Assembly (NCBI RefSeq): GCF_007830175.1 | Contig: NZ_VLKH01000004.1 | Span: 322,399-346,398, forward strand | Reading direction: 5' to 3' | Source of the DNA: Sedimentibacter saalensis | Lineage (GTDB): Bacteria > Bacillota > Clostridia > Tissierellales > Sedimentibacteraceae | DNA length: 24,000 nt | Shown: piece after piece, positions 1 to 8,070 of the stretch | How the letters are laid out: each line of letters starts with the position of its first letter | Position numbering within the stretch: position 1 is the stretch's first letter | Made by a program: the position numbers and the translations under genes | The notes under the pieces: model-generated | Databases searched by the model: none | Told to the model about the DNA's origin: nothing | Seen by the model: only the letters and a program-made list of their open reading frames with translations

Positions 1-1456
1 AGGATCCTTTTGAAACTTCATCTATCAGGTTTCGGTTTGTTGCCGAAATTACTCTCACATCCAGGTCTCTTTCAAAAGAACCGCCTATTCTCACAATTTT
101 ATTGTTGTCCAGAACCCTCAAAAGTTTTGGCTGTACTTCAAGAGGAACTTCACCTATCTCATCGAGAAAAATTGTTCCTCCATTGGCCAGTTCAAACTTG
201 CCCGGCCTTCCTCCCTTTACAGCCCCCGTAAATGAACCGCTTTCATATCCAAACAACTCACTTTCAAAAAGCTCCTTTGGAATGGCAGAGCAGTTTATAG
301 CAATGAATGGACCGCTGCTTCTGTTGCTTTCGTTGTGAATAGACTGGGCATACAGTTCCTTGCCTGTTCCGCTTTCCCCTTCAATCAAAACAGAACAGTT
401 TGTTTTAGAAATTTTCTTGGCAGTGCTTATGAGCTCATTCATTCTCACATCTGTTGTGACAATGCTGTCAAATGTATAGTTTGCATTAAATCCTGCAAGC
501 CTCATTACTTCCTTCCTCACCTGCTTTGCTTCCTTCATGAGCATTACGGCTCCTGTAACTTCATTGCCAACTGTTATTGGAGAAATGTTCAATGAACATT
601 CTATTTTTTTTGCTCCTATTGAAATTGTGTAATCAGAAAAACTCATTTTGTTTTTGTTTTCTAGAATGTTTTTTTGTATGTCAATTCCTTTGAATATTTT
701 TCCTATATCAATACTAAATATGTCTTCTTCCTCCATGTGGAAAAGATCCTTTATTTTATTGTTTATTCGCATTATGTTAAGAGAACTGTCAACAACCATT
801 ATACCATCGAGTATTGCATCAAAAGTTGTATCCATAAGATGGTATGATTCAGCAATCATAAGCTGTTTTTCAATGCAGTTTGCACTTGAAACCGCAATGC
901 CGTATGTATGTGTCTGCACATCTTTTGCACGGCCTGAAATGTCAAAGCATCCGATTACTTCTCCCTTGCTGTTGTGAATGGGTGCCGCAGAACAAGTCCA
1001 CTGGTGATGATATTCGCAGTAATGTTCAGGGCCCAGAACCTGTATGGGTTTGTCGGCAGCAAGACATGTTCCTATGGCATTTGTGCCCACGCTTTTTTCA
1101 TCCCACAGCGAACCCTTAACAAAATTTATGGTGTCGTGAATGTCCTTTATATCGCTGTTGATAATCAAATCTATGATTATTCCCTTTTCATCAGTAAGAA
1201 CTACGCTGTAACTTGTGGACTTAACCATTTCATAAACGTTTTCCATTATAGGACGGGTTAGCCTTATCATTTCTCTTTTGTTGTATATGCTTTTTTCAAG
1301 CACACCATCCTCAACCTTTGTTCCTTTTCCGGACTTATAATCAACGCCTAGCTTTTCGCACCTTTGCCATGATTCAAGGATATCAGTTTTAATATTTTCA
1401 AGAACAACTCCCTCTTCCACATATGACTGCCATTTTTTCCTTAATTCACTGAACAA
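1..1456 (-). CDS. sigma-54-dependent transcriptional activator (AcoR-like N-terminal sensor + AAA+ domain); C-terminal part lies outside the window
   Basis: Hand translation of the minus strand is open from a TTG at 1456 to the window edge (485 codons). An AAGGAG RBS lies 8 nt upstream (1465-1470). The translation contains Walker A GESGTGKE, the sigma-54 contact loop ESGSFTGA (a GAFTGA variant) and GGTIFLDEIGE (Walker B). The N-terminus SWQRCEKLGVD is typical of AcoR-type regulators. It is absent from the ORF track because there is no stop codon in the window. Confidence 0.85.
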   Translation of the reverse strand, partial: MFSELRKKWQSYVEEGVVLENIKTDILESWQRCEKLGVDYKSGKGTKVEDGVLEKSIYNKREMIRLTRPIMENVYEMVKSTSYSVVLTDEKGIIIDLIINSDIKDIHDTINFVKGSLWDEKSVGTNAIGTCLAADKPIQVLGPEHYCEYHHQWTCSAAPIHNSKGEVIGCFDISGRAKDVQTHTYGIAVSSANCIEKQLMIAESYHLMDTTFDAILDGIMVVDSSLNIMRINNKIKDLFHMEEEDIFSIDIGKIFKGIDIQKNILENKNKMSFSDYTISIGAKKIECSLNISPITVGNEVTGAVMLMKEAKQVRKEVMRLAGFNANYTFDSIVTTDVRMNELISTAKKISKTNCSVLIEGESGTGKELYAQSIHNESNRSSGPFIAINCSAIPKELFESELFGYESGSFTGAVKGGRPGKFELANGGTIFLDEIGEVPLEVQPKLLRVLDNNKIVRIGGSFERDLDVRVISATNRNLIDEVSKGS

Positions 1457-1500
1457 TTTATCATCTCCTTTATTTTTGGATGATTATGATTAGATGTATT

Positions 1501-1529
1501 ATGATAACATATTTATTCTTTGTGTTCAA
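1501..1529 (-). promoter_or_regulatory. putative sigma-A promoter for the sigma-54 activator gene
   Basis: On the minus strand: TTGAAC (1529-1524), a 17-nt spacer, then TATCAT (1506-1501). This lies about 45 nt upstream of the TTG start. Confidence 0.35.
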
Positions 1530-1600
1530 TCGTTTTCATAATCTGAATTATGACAAGGCACCAATATATTATGCATATGGAATTGCCGGGCTGAATCATG

Positions 1601-2092
1601 CTATTGCTCCATATTCATAAGTGTGCTCCATTTTATTCCGGTGCTTTTTTCATTTTGCATAACGCCTACCATCACTTCATCATTTTTTTCATCTTCAAAG
1701 TAATGCTCCAGTGCAAGCTTCAATACATCTATGAACTTGCGGTTCATTGCTTCCTGCTTTGGAATCCAGTGAAGTGATCCTTCGTCATTTTGCAAAACCA
1801 TTTTTGTATTTGTTCTTCCGAAATAAACATAATTTATTACCGTTTCATCCTTTTCTCTTCTTAAAAGCATGTACTTAAGTTTTAAATTTTCCACATTGTA
1901 ATCCTTTAAACCTGTCTCCTCATAAATTTCTCTTATGACTGCTGAATATGGATCATTTATTTCTTCCGGCTCAACATGTCCGCCCACTCCATACCAGAAG
2001 CCTGGCATACGCTTGTTTGTTTCTGACCTTTCCATCAGCAATACATCATCATTGTTCATTAAAAAAGCTGTTGCAATATTTCTGAATTTCAT
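1601..2092 (-). CDS. NUDIX hydrolase
   Basis: Nudix box GGHVEPE...REIYEETGL (REUxEExGU). RBS GGGGTGG lies just upstream of the ATG. The start is 11 nt downstream of the preceding gene's stop, so the two are likely co-transcribed. Confidence 0.85.
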   Translation of the reverse strand: MKFRNIATAFLMNNDDVLLMERSETNKRMPGFWYGVGGHVEPEEINDPYSAVIREIYEETGLKDYNVENLKLKYMLLRREKDETVINYVYFGRTNTKMVLQNDEGSLHWIPKQEAMNRKFIDVLKLALEHYFEDEKNDEVMVGVMQNEKSTGIKWSTLMNMEQ

Positions 2093-2103
2093 TTTCCACC
2101 CCG

Positions 2104-4548
2104 TTAATCAACCGACACTTCAAGAATAGCGCCGTTTTCTATGAGAATTTTTTTAAGAATTTCTGTATCCACATGCTGCACAGCAGTGTCTTTGTCAATC
2201 GCCATGGAAGCTGCAATTCCTGCGGCTTCACCCATTATCATGTATTGAGGCTCCATTCGAAGTGATGAATACGCAATGTGGCTTGCAGACACACAAACCG
2301 TAACAATAAGATTATCTGCTTCTGAAATTTTAGGCATCATAACCCTGTATGGAATCTGATAAGGAGTAACTGGAATTTGCAGTTCTCCTTCGTTTTGAAC
2401 ATAGCCATCCAATGTGAGATATCTTTGGACGTTGTGAGAATCTATGTTGTAAGAACCCATACCAATGGCATCAAACTTTAATTTATCATGTCGAACATCT
2501 CGTTCTGTCATGACATAATCACCCACCATGCGCCTTGCTTCTCTTATGTAAAGCTGGTACGGCCAATAATCGTTGTCAACAAATTCATCCCCCGCATAAC
2601 CCCACTTCTTAGCATCCGCTCTGAGTTCTGCCGGTACAGCTTCATCATTTGTCACAAAATATAACAGCCCCTGAATATACTCTTTATGTTCTTTTCTGAT
2701 TTCTTCCCTTTGCTGGTAATCAGCTTCAGGATACAGATAGCTCCCTCCTATGTAATCTGTGGAAAATGGTCCTGAATTATTTATGTCATACTTGTTGTTA
2801 GGCAATGGTCCAAAAAATATAATATCTGAAAATTTTATGCTTCTTCCTTCACTTTCCTTTAAGAAATTAAGCCAGGCCGCAACGAGCAGATATCTTTCCC
2901 TTCTGTAGTTTTCAGGCTTTGAAAATGGAACCTGGTTGTTTGGATTGTTTGTTAGGCACAATCTGTAATTGTATGATTGCACAATCTCATCACCGCTGCC
3001 TGCTGGTCCCGGAAGCCTGGTGGAAATTTCTTCATATAAGGTTCCATTTTTATCAAAAGCCTTTAGGTTATAATAAAAATTATTTCTCCCAAGAGGAGGA
3101 AGAACCCCTGCAAAACTTTCCTGGTAAACATCATTGCTTTCCCTGCCCACTGTATATGATACGCTTGATTTTGCCATGAGATCGCCTTCATAGGTGCTGT
3201 CGATAAAATTCTGAGCATAAAATAATAAGCCGTCCAGCATTTCAATGCTTAATATGGAAGTTCCGTCTTTTTTCACACCGCCTTTTTCCTTTAGAAGGCT
3301 GTTAAAATAAACATGGATGTTTTCCTCCTGCAGCATTTTTTTAAAAATCAGTTCTGCAACATGTGGTTCGTAAAACCAGCTTATTTTTTTGCTGTAATGC
3401 CTTCCTGCCAATTCAAAAAATTCTTTTGTCATTCCTCCTATTACTTTTATGTTTCCGTGATCCGTGTAGCTTAAGCCCCCGGAAACCATGCCGCCTAAGT
3501 GAGACGTCTGTTCTATGAGTGCAACATCCTTTCCTTCTCTTGAAGCAGAAACTGCTGCCATAATCCCCGAAGCTGTTCCTCCGTAAACAACAACATCATA
3601 AAAAAGAGGATACCTTACAAAGTCAACCTTCATTGGCTGCTGCCTGAGCTTTATGTTTGAAGACTTGTAGTCCTCATCATCAACAGTGAACCGTACCTGT
3701 TCCGTCCCGAAAAATCTCCCAAAAGTATTTGTTAAGCTCTGAAGAATCATTCCTTCATGCATGGCTTCCACATTCATGCCGCTAAGAAATTCCATGCTCA
3801 AATCGATGTGAAGTGTATGGTCCATATCCATGTCAAGCTTGTTAATGCGGCTATTTTTGGGAAGCACCCTCACATTACCCTTAACAACATCATAGTAGGC
3901 AGAAGTAAACACTTCCTCTGTTATATCATTTGTACTGAATTCTATTTTTTCTGAAACATTTCTTATTTTCATATCTTTTAGGTCAGGAAAATAAAAATTG
4001 ATTTCTTCAGTCAGTTTGTAGTTCCTTTTAATTTCACTTAAGTAATAAGTATTTTGAGTTATTTTTGCATTGTCTTTAAAATCAGATGAAGCTTCCTCGC
4101 TTATGACAATAGATTTCACAAGTCCCACTCCCTTGGCGTAATATTCAACAGTCCTTTTGTTATCCCATACGGTAGTAACCTCTACTGCACTGTACATCTC
4201 GATTGGAGTAGAAACCATTGCAGTTGTTGAAGTAATTGTTCTGACGCCTCCTCCGTTTACAGACCAATGTCTTCCTTCTTCTATTGGACCCATCATAAGA
4301 ATTTCCATATTACCTGGATAGTTCATGAGATTTTTTCTGAAATAACTTTCTTCCTGTGATAATTTCATCATTGCCTTATTGTCTGAAACCTGAATTACTG
4401 AAATATTCACTTCATCAGCATATTTTGTTCGTAACTGCATCATGTCTTCACTTACATAATCTATAGTCATTTCATAAATTTCATCATTTTCTGCTGTAAT
4501 GTAAGTATACTTTGTATCCTTCAAAACAGGAAAGTAATCAATGACCAT
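2104..4548 (-). CDS. multidomain protein: N-terminal unknown domain + GerMN-like domain + C-terminal FAD-dependent oxidoreductase (PF12831-like)
   Basis: Dinucleotide-binding motif DVVVYGGTASGIMAAVSASREGKDVALIEQTSHLGGM. The central segment (INFYFPD...LHIDLSMEF...VRFTVDDE) resembles GerM/GerMN. The reading frame continues upstream to an ATG at 4704 but is broken by a TAA at 4630-4632 (see next feature and findings). Confidence 0.8.
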   Translation of the reverse strand: MVIDYFPVLKDTKYTYITAENDEIYEMTIDYVSEDMMQLRTKYADEVNISVIQVSDNKAMMKLSQEESYFRKNLMNYPGNMEILMMGPIEEGRHWSVNGGGVRTITSTTAMVSTPIEMYSAVEVTTVWDNKRTVEYYAKGVGLVKSIVISEEASSDFKDNAKITQNTYYLSEIKRNYKLTEEINFYFPDLKDMKIRNVSEKIEFSTNDITEEVFTSAYYDVVKGNVRVLPKNSRINKLDMDMDHTLHIDLSMEFLSGMNVEAMHEGMILQSLTNTFGRFFGTEQVRFTVDDEDYKSSNIKLRQQPMKVDFVRYPLFYDVVVYGGTASGIMAAVSASREGKDVALIEQTSHLGGMVSGGLSYTDHGNIKVIGGMTKEFFELAGRHYSKKISWFYEPHVAELIFKKMLQEENIHVYFNSLLKEKGGVKKDGTSILSIEMLDGLLFYAQNFIDSTYEGDLMAKSSVSYTVGRESNDVYQESFAGVLPPLGRNNFYYNLKAFDKNGTLYEEISTRLPGPAGSGDEIVQSYNYRLCLTNNPNNQVPFSKPENYRRERYLLVAAWLNFLKESEGRSIKFSDIIFFGPLPNNKYDINNSGPFSTDYIGGSYLYPEADYQQREEIRKEHKEYIQGLLYFVTNDEAVPAELRADAKKWGYAGDEFVDNDYWPYQLYIREARRMVGDYVMTERDVRHDKLKFDAIGMGSYNIDSHNVQRYLTLDGYVQNEGELQIPVTPYQIPYRVMMPKISEADNLIVTVCVSASHIAYSSLRMEPQYMIMGEAAGIAASMAIDKDTAVQHVDTEILKKILIENGAILEVSVD

Positions 4549-4629
4549 GTCAATTTGAGTATGTGGTTCCTGATCATCAGACTCTGAAACCTCTCCCGTA
4601 TCTTCTATTTGTTCCTTCAGATAAATTTC

Positions 4630-4704
4630 TTACATGGAATATAAAAGAAAAGCAAAAGCTATAGTAATTACAAAGATAACAACTCCTCGAACGTTTTTTT
4701 TCAT
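4630..4704 (-). pseudogene. stranded signal-anchor mini-ORF (24 aa), in frame with the 2104-4548 ORF and separated from it by a single TAA
   Basis: The minus strand reads GGGGTGATTTA-ATG AAA AAA AAC GTT CGA ... TCC ATG TAA, giving MKKNVRGVVIFVITIAFAFLLYSM*. The ATG at 4704 is 156 nt (52 codons) upstream of the ATG at 4548, in the same frame. The sequence between them (EIYLKEQIEDTGEVSESDDQEPHTQID) looks like a linker. Confidence 0.6.
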
Positions 4705-4801
4705 TAAATCACCCCTTTTGATGCCTTACTATATTTATACCTTTCATTTAAAATAATAAACCACTAATGAAATTATTTTTTATGGTAATTAAAAATTATT
4801 G

Positions 4802-4830
4802 TTTACATTTTAACGAATAAATGTTAATAT
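4802..4830 (+). promoter_or_regulatory. putative sigma-A promoter with extended -10, driving the plus-strand RNA element
   Basis: TTTACA (4802-4807), a 17-nt spacer, then TGT-TAATAT (-10 at 4825-4830). The region is AT-rich, so chance matches are possible. Confidence 0.4.
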
Positions 4831-4836
4831 ATTTTT

Positions 4837-5030
4837 AATTAAATATTTTGTATATTAATTTTGCGAAATTGATTTTCCTAAAGCACAAGCCATGGATGCA
4901 ATTCGTTAGGGTATAGCTGGAAACGTCTATGCCTCCCGTTGGAAAGTAGAATTAATTGCAGAGGTAATTTTTGTACTTTTATGTACCATTACATCTACAA
5001 TTGCATCTTTCTCGGGAAAGATGTTTTTTT
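4837..5030 (+). ncRNA. candidate structured RNA (riboswitch-like leader or sRNA) of unknown class
   Basis: Hairpin 4910-4933 (GGUAUAG/CUAUGCC plus UG/CG) is capped by a GAAA tetraloop. Its two U-G pairs only work on the plus strand. TGCAATT (4897-4903) can pair with AATTGCA at 4954-4960. Alternatively, as GATGCAATT (4895-4903), it can pair with AATTGCATC at 4999-5007, which overlaps the terminator stem. A second hairpin lies at 4964-4994. The element ends in the intrinsic terminator at 5004-5030. Confidence 0.4.
5004..5030 (+). terminator. rho-independent terminator (plus strand)
   Basis: CATCTTTC-TCGG-GAAAGATG forms an 8-bp stem, followed by seven T residues. Confidence 0.65.
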
Positions 5031-5158
5031 ATTTATATAAAATATTTATAAAATGAAGGCAGCTGTTGACAAAGATATCCTCCCCGGATAATTTAATTTC
5101 GTTGTAGGGAAGTCGCGTCTCCTTACACTTTATTGCTGTCCTTCATTTTATTTTTGGG

Positions 5159-5181
5159 AAAAAAAAGACCGCATTGCGGCC
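5159..5181 (-). terminator. rho-independent terminator downstream of the vWA gene
   Basis: The minus strand reads GGCCGC-AAT-GCGGTC followed by TTTTTTTT. It begins 12 nt after the vWA stop codon. Confidence 0.6.
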
Positions 5182-5192
5182 TTCATAGTTAT

Positions 5193-5843
5193 TTACTTCC
5201 TTCCCCTTTTGTTGTAATCCATTTCTATTTCGCTCTTCCAGTCTGCTTCAACTTTCTTCCCTTTTCTGAAATTGCTAACGGCTTCACTTACAACTTTATA
5301 ATTAAGCATTGTTCCTTCCGAATCAGGGCAGAAATTTGCTGCACGTTCTTCATCAATTCCAAGGTTTAAAGCAGTTTCAGCCGCATCTATGTTTGCACCA
5401 AGGAATATGAAGTCCCATGCGTATTTTGACTTCTTAAGCTCAATCATGTCCTTGATTTTCCTGAACGTGAATTCCTTGCTTGAATTTTCCATTCCATCTG
5501 TGATTATTACAAAAATCACTTTGCCCGGTCGGAACTGTTCACTTGATTCTGAAATTGACTTTGAGATTCTGCTTATGGTTCTTCCAATGGCATCAAGAAG
5601 AGCCGTGGAGCCACCTACAAAATATTCCTCTTGGCTTAAAAAGTTTACATTTTGTATGTTCAATCTTTCGTGGAGCAGTTCATAATTGTTGTCAAACAAA
5701 ACCGTTGTCACAAGAGCTTCTCCTTCTTCTTTTTTTTGTCTCTTAAGCATTGAATTGAAGCCTCCTATTGTGTCCTGTTCGAGTCCGGACATAGAACCGC
5801 TTTTGTCAAGTATGAACACCATTTCAGTTAAATTATTTTTCAT
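5193..5843 (-). CDS. von Willebrand factor type A (vWA) domain protein, small cytoplasmic type
   Basis: MIDAS motif VFILDKSGSMSG (DxSxS), plus GGSTALLDAIG and VIITDGMENSS. RBS GGAGGG lies upstream. Confidence 0.85.
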   Translation of the reverse strand: MKNNLTEMVFILDKSGSMSGLEQDTIGGFNSMLKRQKKEEGEALVTTVLFDNNYELLHERLNIQNVNFLSQEEYFVGGSTALLDAIGRTISRISKSISESSEQFRPGKVIFVIITDGMENSSKEFTFRKIKDMIELKKSKYAWDFIFLGANIDAAETALNLGIDEERAANFCPDSEGTMLNYKVVSEAVSNFRKGKKVEADWKSEIEMDYNKRGRK

Positions 5844-5880
5844 TTTTACCCTCCATTCATTTGTTAATATGAGGATAACA

Positions 5881-5916
5881 TTTTAATAAAATAAAAGGTC
5901 GCTTTAAAAGCGACTT
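5881..5916 (-). terminator. hairpin plus T-tract downstream of the macro-domain gene
   Basis: On the minus strand a 7-bp stem (5916-5910 with 5902-5896, one G-U pair) is followed by TTTTATTTTATT. The stem overlaps the macro gene's TAA stop. Confidence 0.5.
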
Positions 5917-6925
5917 ATACTCCAAGCAAGTTTTGATCAAATGCAAACAATGCCTCATTTATTTCAAATATGTTGTAAATTTCTTCCTCAATAAAATATT
6001 CCACAATTATGTCAAACTTGCTGCTGTGGGAAAGTGCATATCCTGCCCTTCGGAGCAAATCCTTTGTTTCATCAATGCCCAGCTCCAAAGAAACAGCAAG
6101 CGCCAGGACAGTTGACTTTCTCGGACTGTAGTCCTTGTCGGTTCTGATTTTTGAAAAAAGCTTTCTGTCTATGTTGGCTTTTTTGTATGTTTCAACATCT
6201 GTCTTTCCCTTTTCGTCAATTATGCGAAGAAGCATCTGAGAAAAAGTTTCGTCAAGTTCCGTAACAACATCTTCAAGTTTTCTTATGCCTTTAGCCGGAG
6301 CTACTTCATATTCCTTAAGACTCGGAATTTCCAGTCTGTCTTCCTGAACCTCAAAGCTTTGAATTTTTCTGTAGTGGTCACTTTCAAATTTATCCCGGAC
6401 GTATTTGTCGTCTATGTACTCTTCTATAGACTTGTACAACTTTTCGCTTAAATCAAGGGCTTTCTTGTCAAACACCGCAAGGTAGACAGTCATGTCATTT
6501 TCAAGGAGAAATTCCTGGATTGCTGCCATGGCAACCCTTAATGCCTTGTCCTTTGGATAACCATAAATGCCTGATGAAATCAGAGGAAAAGCAATGGATT
6601 GGAGATTATTCTCCTTTGCAAGATTAAGAGAATTTAAATAACAGTCTCTTAAATGCTTTTCTTCACTGAAGTTTCCACCTTGCCATATGGGGCCCACTGT
6701 ATGGATAATATATTTTGCAGGAAGTGCATATCCTTTTGTAATAACTGCTTCACCAACATCACAGCCGCCTATGGAGTCGCATTCCTTTTGCAGTTCTTCC
6801 ATTCCAGCAGCATTAAAAATTGCGCCGCACACACCACCGCCCATTTTAAGCCTTGTGTTAGCTGCATTTACTATAGCATCAACATTCATTTTAGTAATAT
6901 CATTTCTGATAATTTCAAATGGCAT
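5915..6925 (-). CDS. macro domain (ADP-ribose binding/hydrolase) protein with a C-terminal HTH-like domain
   Basis: The N-terminus NDITKMNVDAIVNAANTRLKMGGGVCGAIFNAAG...AFPLISSGIYGYP is a canonical MacroD/YmdB-type signature. C-terminal residues around 225-330 (FSQMLLRIIDEKGKTDVETYKKANIDRKLFSKI...STVLALAVSLELGIDETKDLLRRAGYALS) look like an XRE-type HTH fold. Confidence 0.85.
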   Translation of the reverse strand: MPFEIIRNDITKMNVDAIVNAANTRLKMGGGVCGAIFNAAGMEELQKECDSIGGCDVGEAVITKGYALPAKYIIHTVGPIWQGGNFSEEKHLRDCYLNSLNLAKENNLQSIAFPLISSGIYGYPKDKALRVAMAAIQEFLLENDMTVYLAVFDKKALDLSEKLYKSIEEYIDDKYVRDKFESDHYRKIQSFEVQEDRLEIPSLKEYEVAPAKGIRKLEDVVTELDETFSQMLLRIIDEKGKTDVETYKKANIDRKLFSKIRTDKDYSPRKSTVLALAVSLELGIDETKDLLRRAGYALSHSSKFDIIVEYFIEEEIYNIFEINEALFAFDQNLLGV

Positions 6926-6949
6926 AGTTACTCCCTTCTGCTTATAGCA

Positions 6950-7438
6950 TTACTGGTATATGCTGTTTAAAAAACTTTTTCCAGTCTTTGTCCTGAAATA
7001 CTTTTGCTCAATTATCTCTGTCTGTTCTTTTTGTATATTTTCTTCAAAAATGTTTACCAGAAAATCTGCTTCCACAAGTATTTGAAAATCAATTCCGTCT
7101 ATTTTGCTGTATGTATGGTGATTGCCTATTAAAAACTCAATTCTTTCTTTTATGTCTTCGCTTAAATTGAATTTAGCCATGATTTCCCTTGCGGCAGGTG
7201 GTCCTTCAATTTCCTGGTAAATTCCTGCCGAAGAAGAATATTTTCTTTCGCTTTCCTTTATTCCAATGTCGTGCAAAATTGATGAAATTTCAAGAGCTTC
7301 CTGTTCTTCCTTTGAAATTTTTTCAAGTTCTCCTATGCTTTTGGCATAGGCGTACACCTTCAGTGCGTGGTTTATTCTTACTGCATCTTTTTCAAAATAT
7401 TCAATCATCTTTTTCATTATTTTGCTTACATTATTCAA
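6950..7438 (-). CDS. HD-domain metal-dependent phosphohydrolase
   Basis: H...HD pattern (INHALKVYAYA..., ISSILHDIGI, LIGNHH). TTG start with an AGGTGA RBS 4 nt upstream. Confidence 0.7.
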   Translation of the reverse strand: MNNVSKIMKKMIEYFEKDAVRINHALKVYAYAKSIGELEKISKEEQEALEISSILHDIGIKESERKYSSSAGIYQEIEGPPAAREIMAKFNLSEDIKERIEFLIGNHHTYSKIDGIDFQILVEADFLVNIFEENIQKEQTEIIEQKYFRTKTGKSFLNSIYQ

Positions 7439-7461
7439 TTTATCACCTGCCGATTTATGAA

Positions 7462-7983
7462 TTACAAATCCATGACCATTGTGTAGAGATTGTGTGTTTT
7501 TTTCTTGTAATCCCTTTTTGCTTCTTTAACTTTTTTATAACCAAGAGATGACCAGAACATTACACCGTTAGTGTTTTCCTCTACTGCACCAAGCCTAAGC
7601 ATTTTTGCTCCTGAATTTATTGCCAGATTTTTAACTGCATCATGTGACATCCTGCCCAGACCATTTTTCCTTTTCTCAGGATCTATGAACATGAGTCCGA
7701 TTATCCATGAATCAGGTTCAGGATAATTTTTCACAACTTCTATAAGTCCTGAAAGTTCATTTTCAGCACTAAAAATTCCAACAACAAATTTATCCTCGTA
7801 AGTGTTGTTTGGAGGAAGAGATGTGAAAATTTCCACTGCATCCTCATAATCCGGATATGTTCCGTCATGGAGAAGGTAATAGTCTGAGCACCTTTTGCAC
7901 AGTCCATATACCTGATTAATGTTGTCTTTTTCATGCATCGTTTTTACTTTATATCCGTTTTTTAAATCAATGCTGATTTCCAT
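7462..7983 (-). CDS. GNAT family N-acetyltransferase
   Basis: Acetyl-CoA binding motif-A-like segment IDPEKRKNGLGRMSHDAV, with a C-terminal FWSSLGY. RBS GAGGGG. Confidence 0.8.
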   Translation of the reverse strand: MEISIDLKNGYKVKTMHEKDNINQVYGLCKRCSDYYLLHDGTYPDYEDAVEIFTSLPPNNTYEDKFVVGIFSAENELSGLIEVVKNYPEPDSWIIGLMFIDPEKRKNGLGRMSHDAVKNLAINSGAKMLRLGAVEENTNGVMFWSSLGYKKVKEAKRDYKKKTHNLYTMVMDL

Positions 7984-8070
7984 ATTCCCCTCATAATTAT
8001 TCTAGTTTTCGTGGCGGTATCATAGTTAGCGGTTCTAAAAAACACCATGAACAATCTGCAACGAAACAAA

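Noticed and set aside
10-1261. Six plus-strand ORFs of 73-109 aa in the supplied track (10-231, 102-338, 335-595, 648-977, 880-1119, 974-1261).
   Set aside because: They are antisense shadows of the sigma-54 activator gene, which reads continuously on the minus strand with clear AAA+ motifs. Their translations are low-complexity, with no motifs or RBS.
1557-1575. GGCAC...TGCA resembling a sigma-54 -24/-12 promoter near the sigma-54 activator gene.
   Set aside because: The GG and GC elements are about 16 nt apart instead of the 12-nt offset of TGGCAC-N5-TTGC, and no plus-strand gene follows.
2919-3954. Plus- and minus-strand ORFs of 60-86 aa inside the FAD-oxidoreductase gene (2919-3179, 3063-3245, 3757-3954).
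   Set aside because: They are overlapping or antisense frames within a well-supported 814-aa ORF, with no independent signals.
4861-4960. Possible identity of the structured RNA as a c-di-GMP-I/II, ykkC/guanidine, glnA/glutamine or NiCo riboswitch.
   Set aside because: Short resemblances exist (AGCACAAGCC, TTAGGGT, GGAAAGTAG). However, the defining conserved cores I remember for these classes (GGCAAACC...ACGCAAAGCC, CUAGGGUUCCG...GGUCCGAGAG, CGUUCA...CGGAAGUAGG) are not present. It is left as unknown class.
5053-5091. 12-codon plus-strand ORF (MKAAVDKDILPG) downstream of the RNA element's terminator.
   Set aside because: It has no RBS, is very short and is not hydrophobic. It is more likely a chance ORF within the left arm of the 5049-5150 inverted repeat.
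5915-6925. DarTG toxin-antitoxin interpretation of the macro-domain gene.
   Set aside because: No DUF4433/DarT-like ORF is adjacent, and the neighbours are an HD phosphohydrolase and a vWA protein. Only the domain layout is reminiscent.
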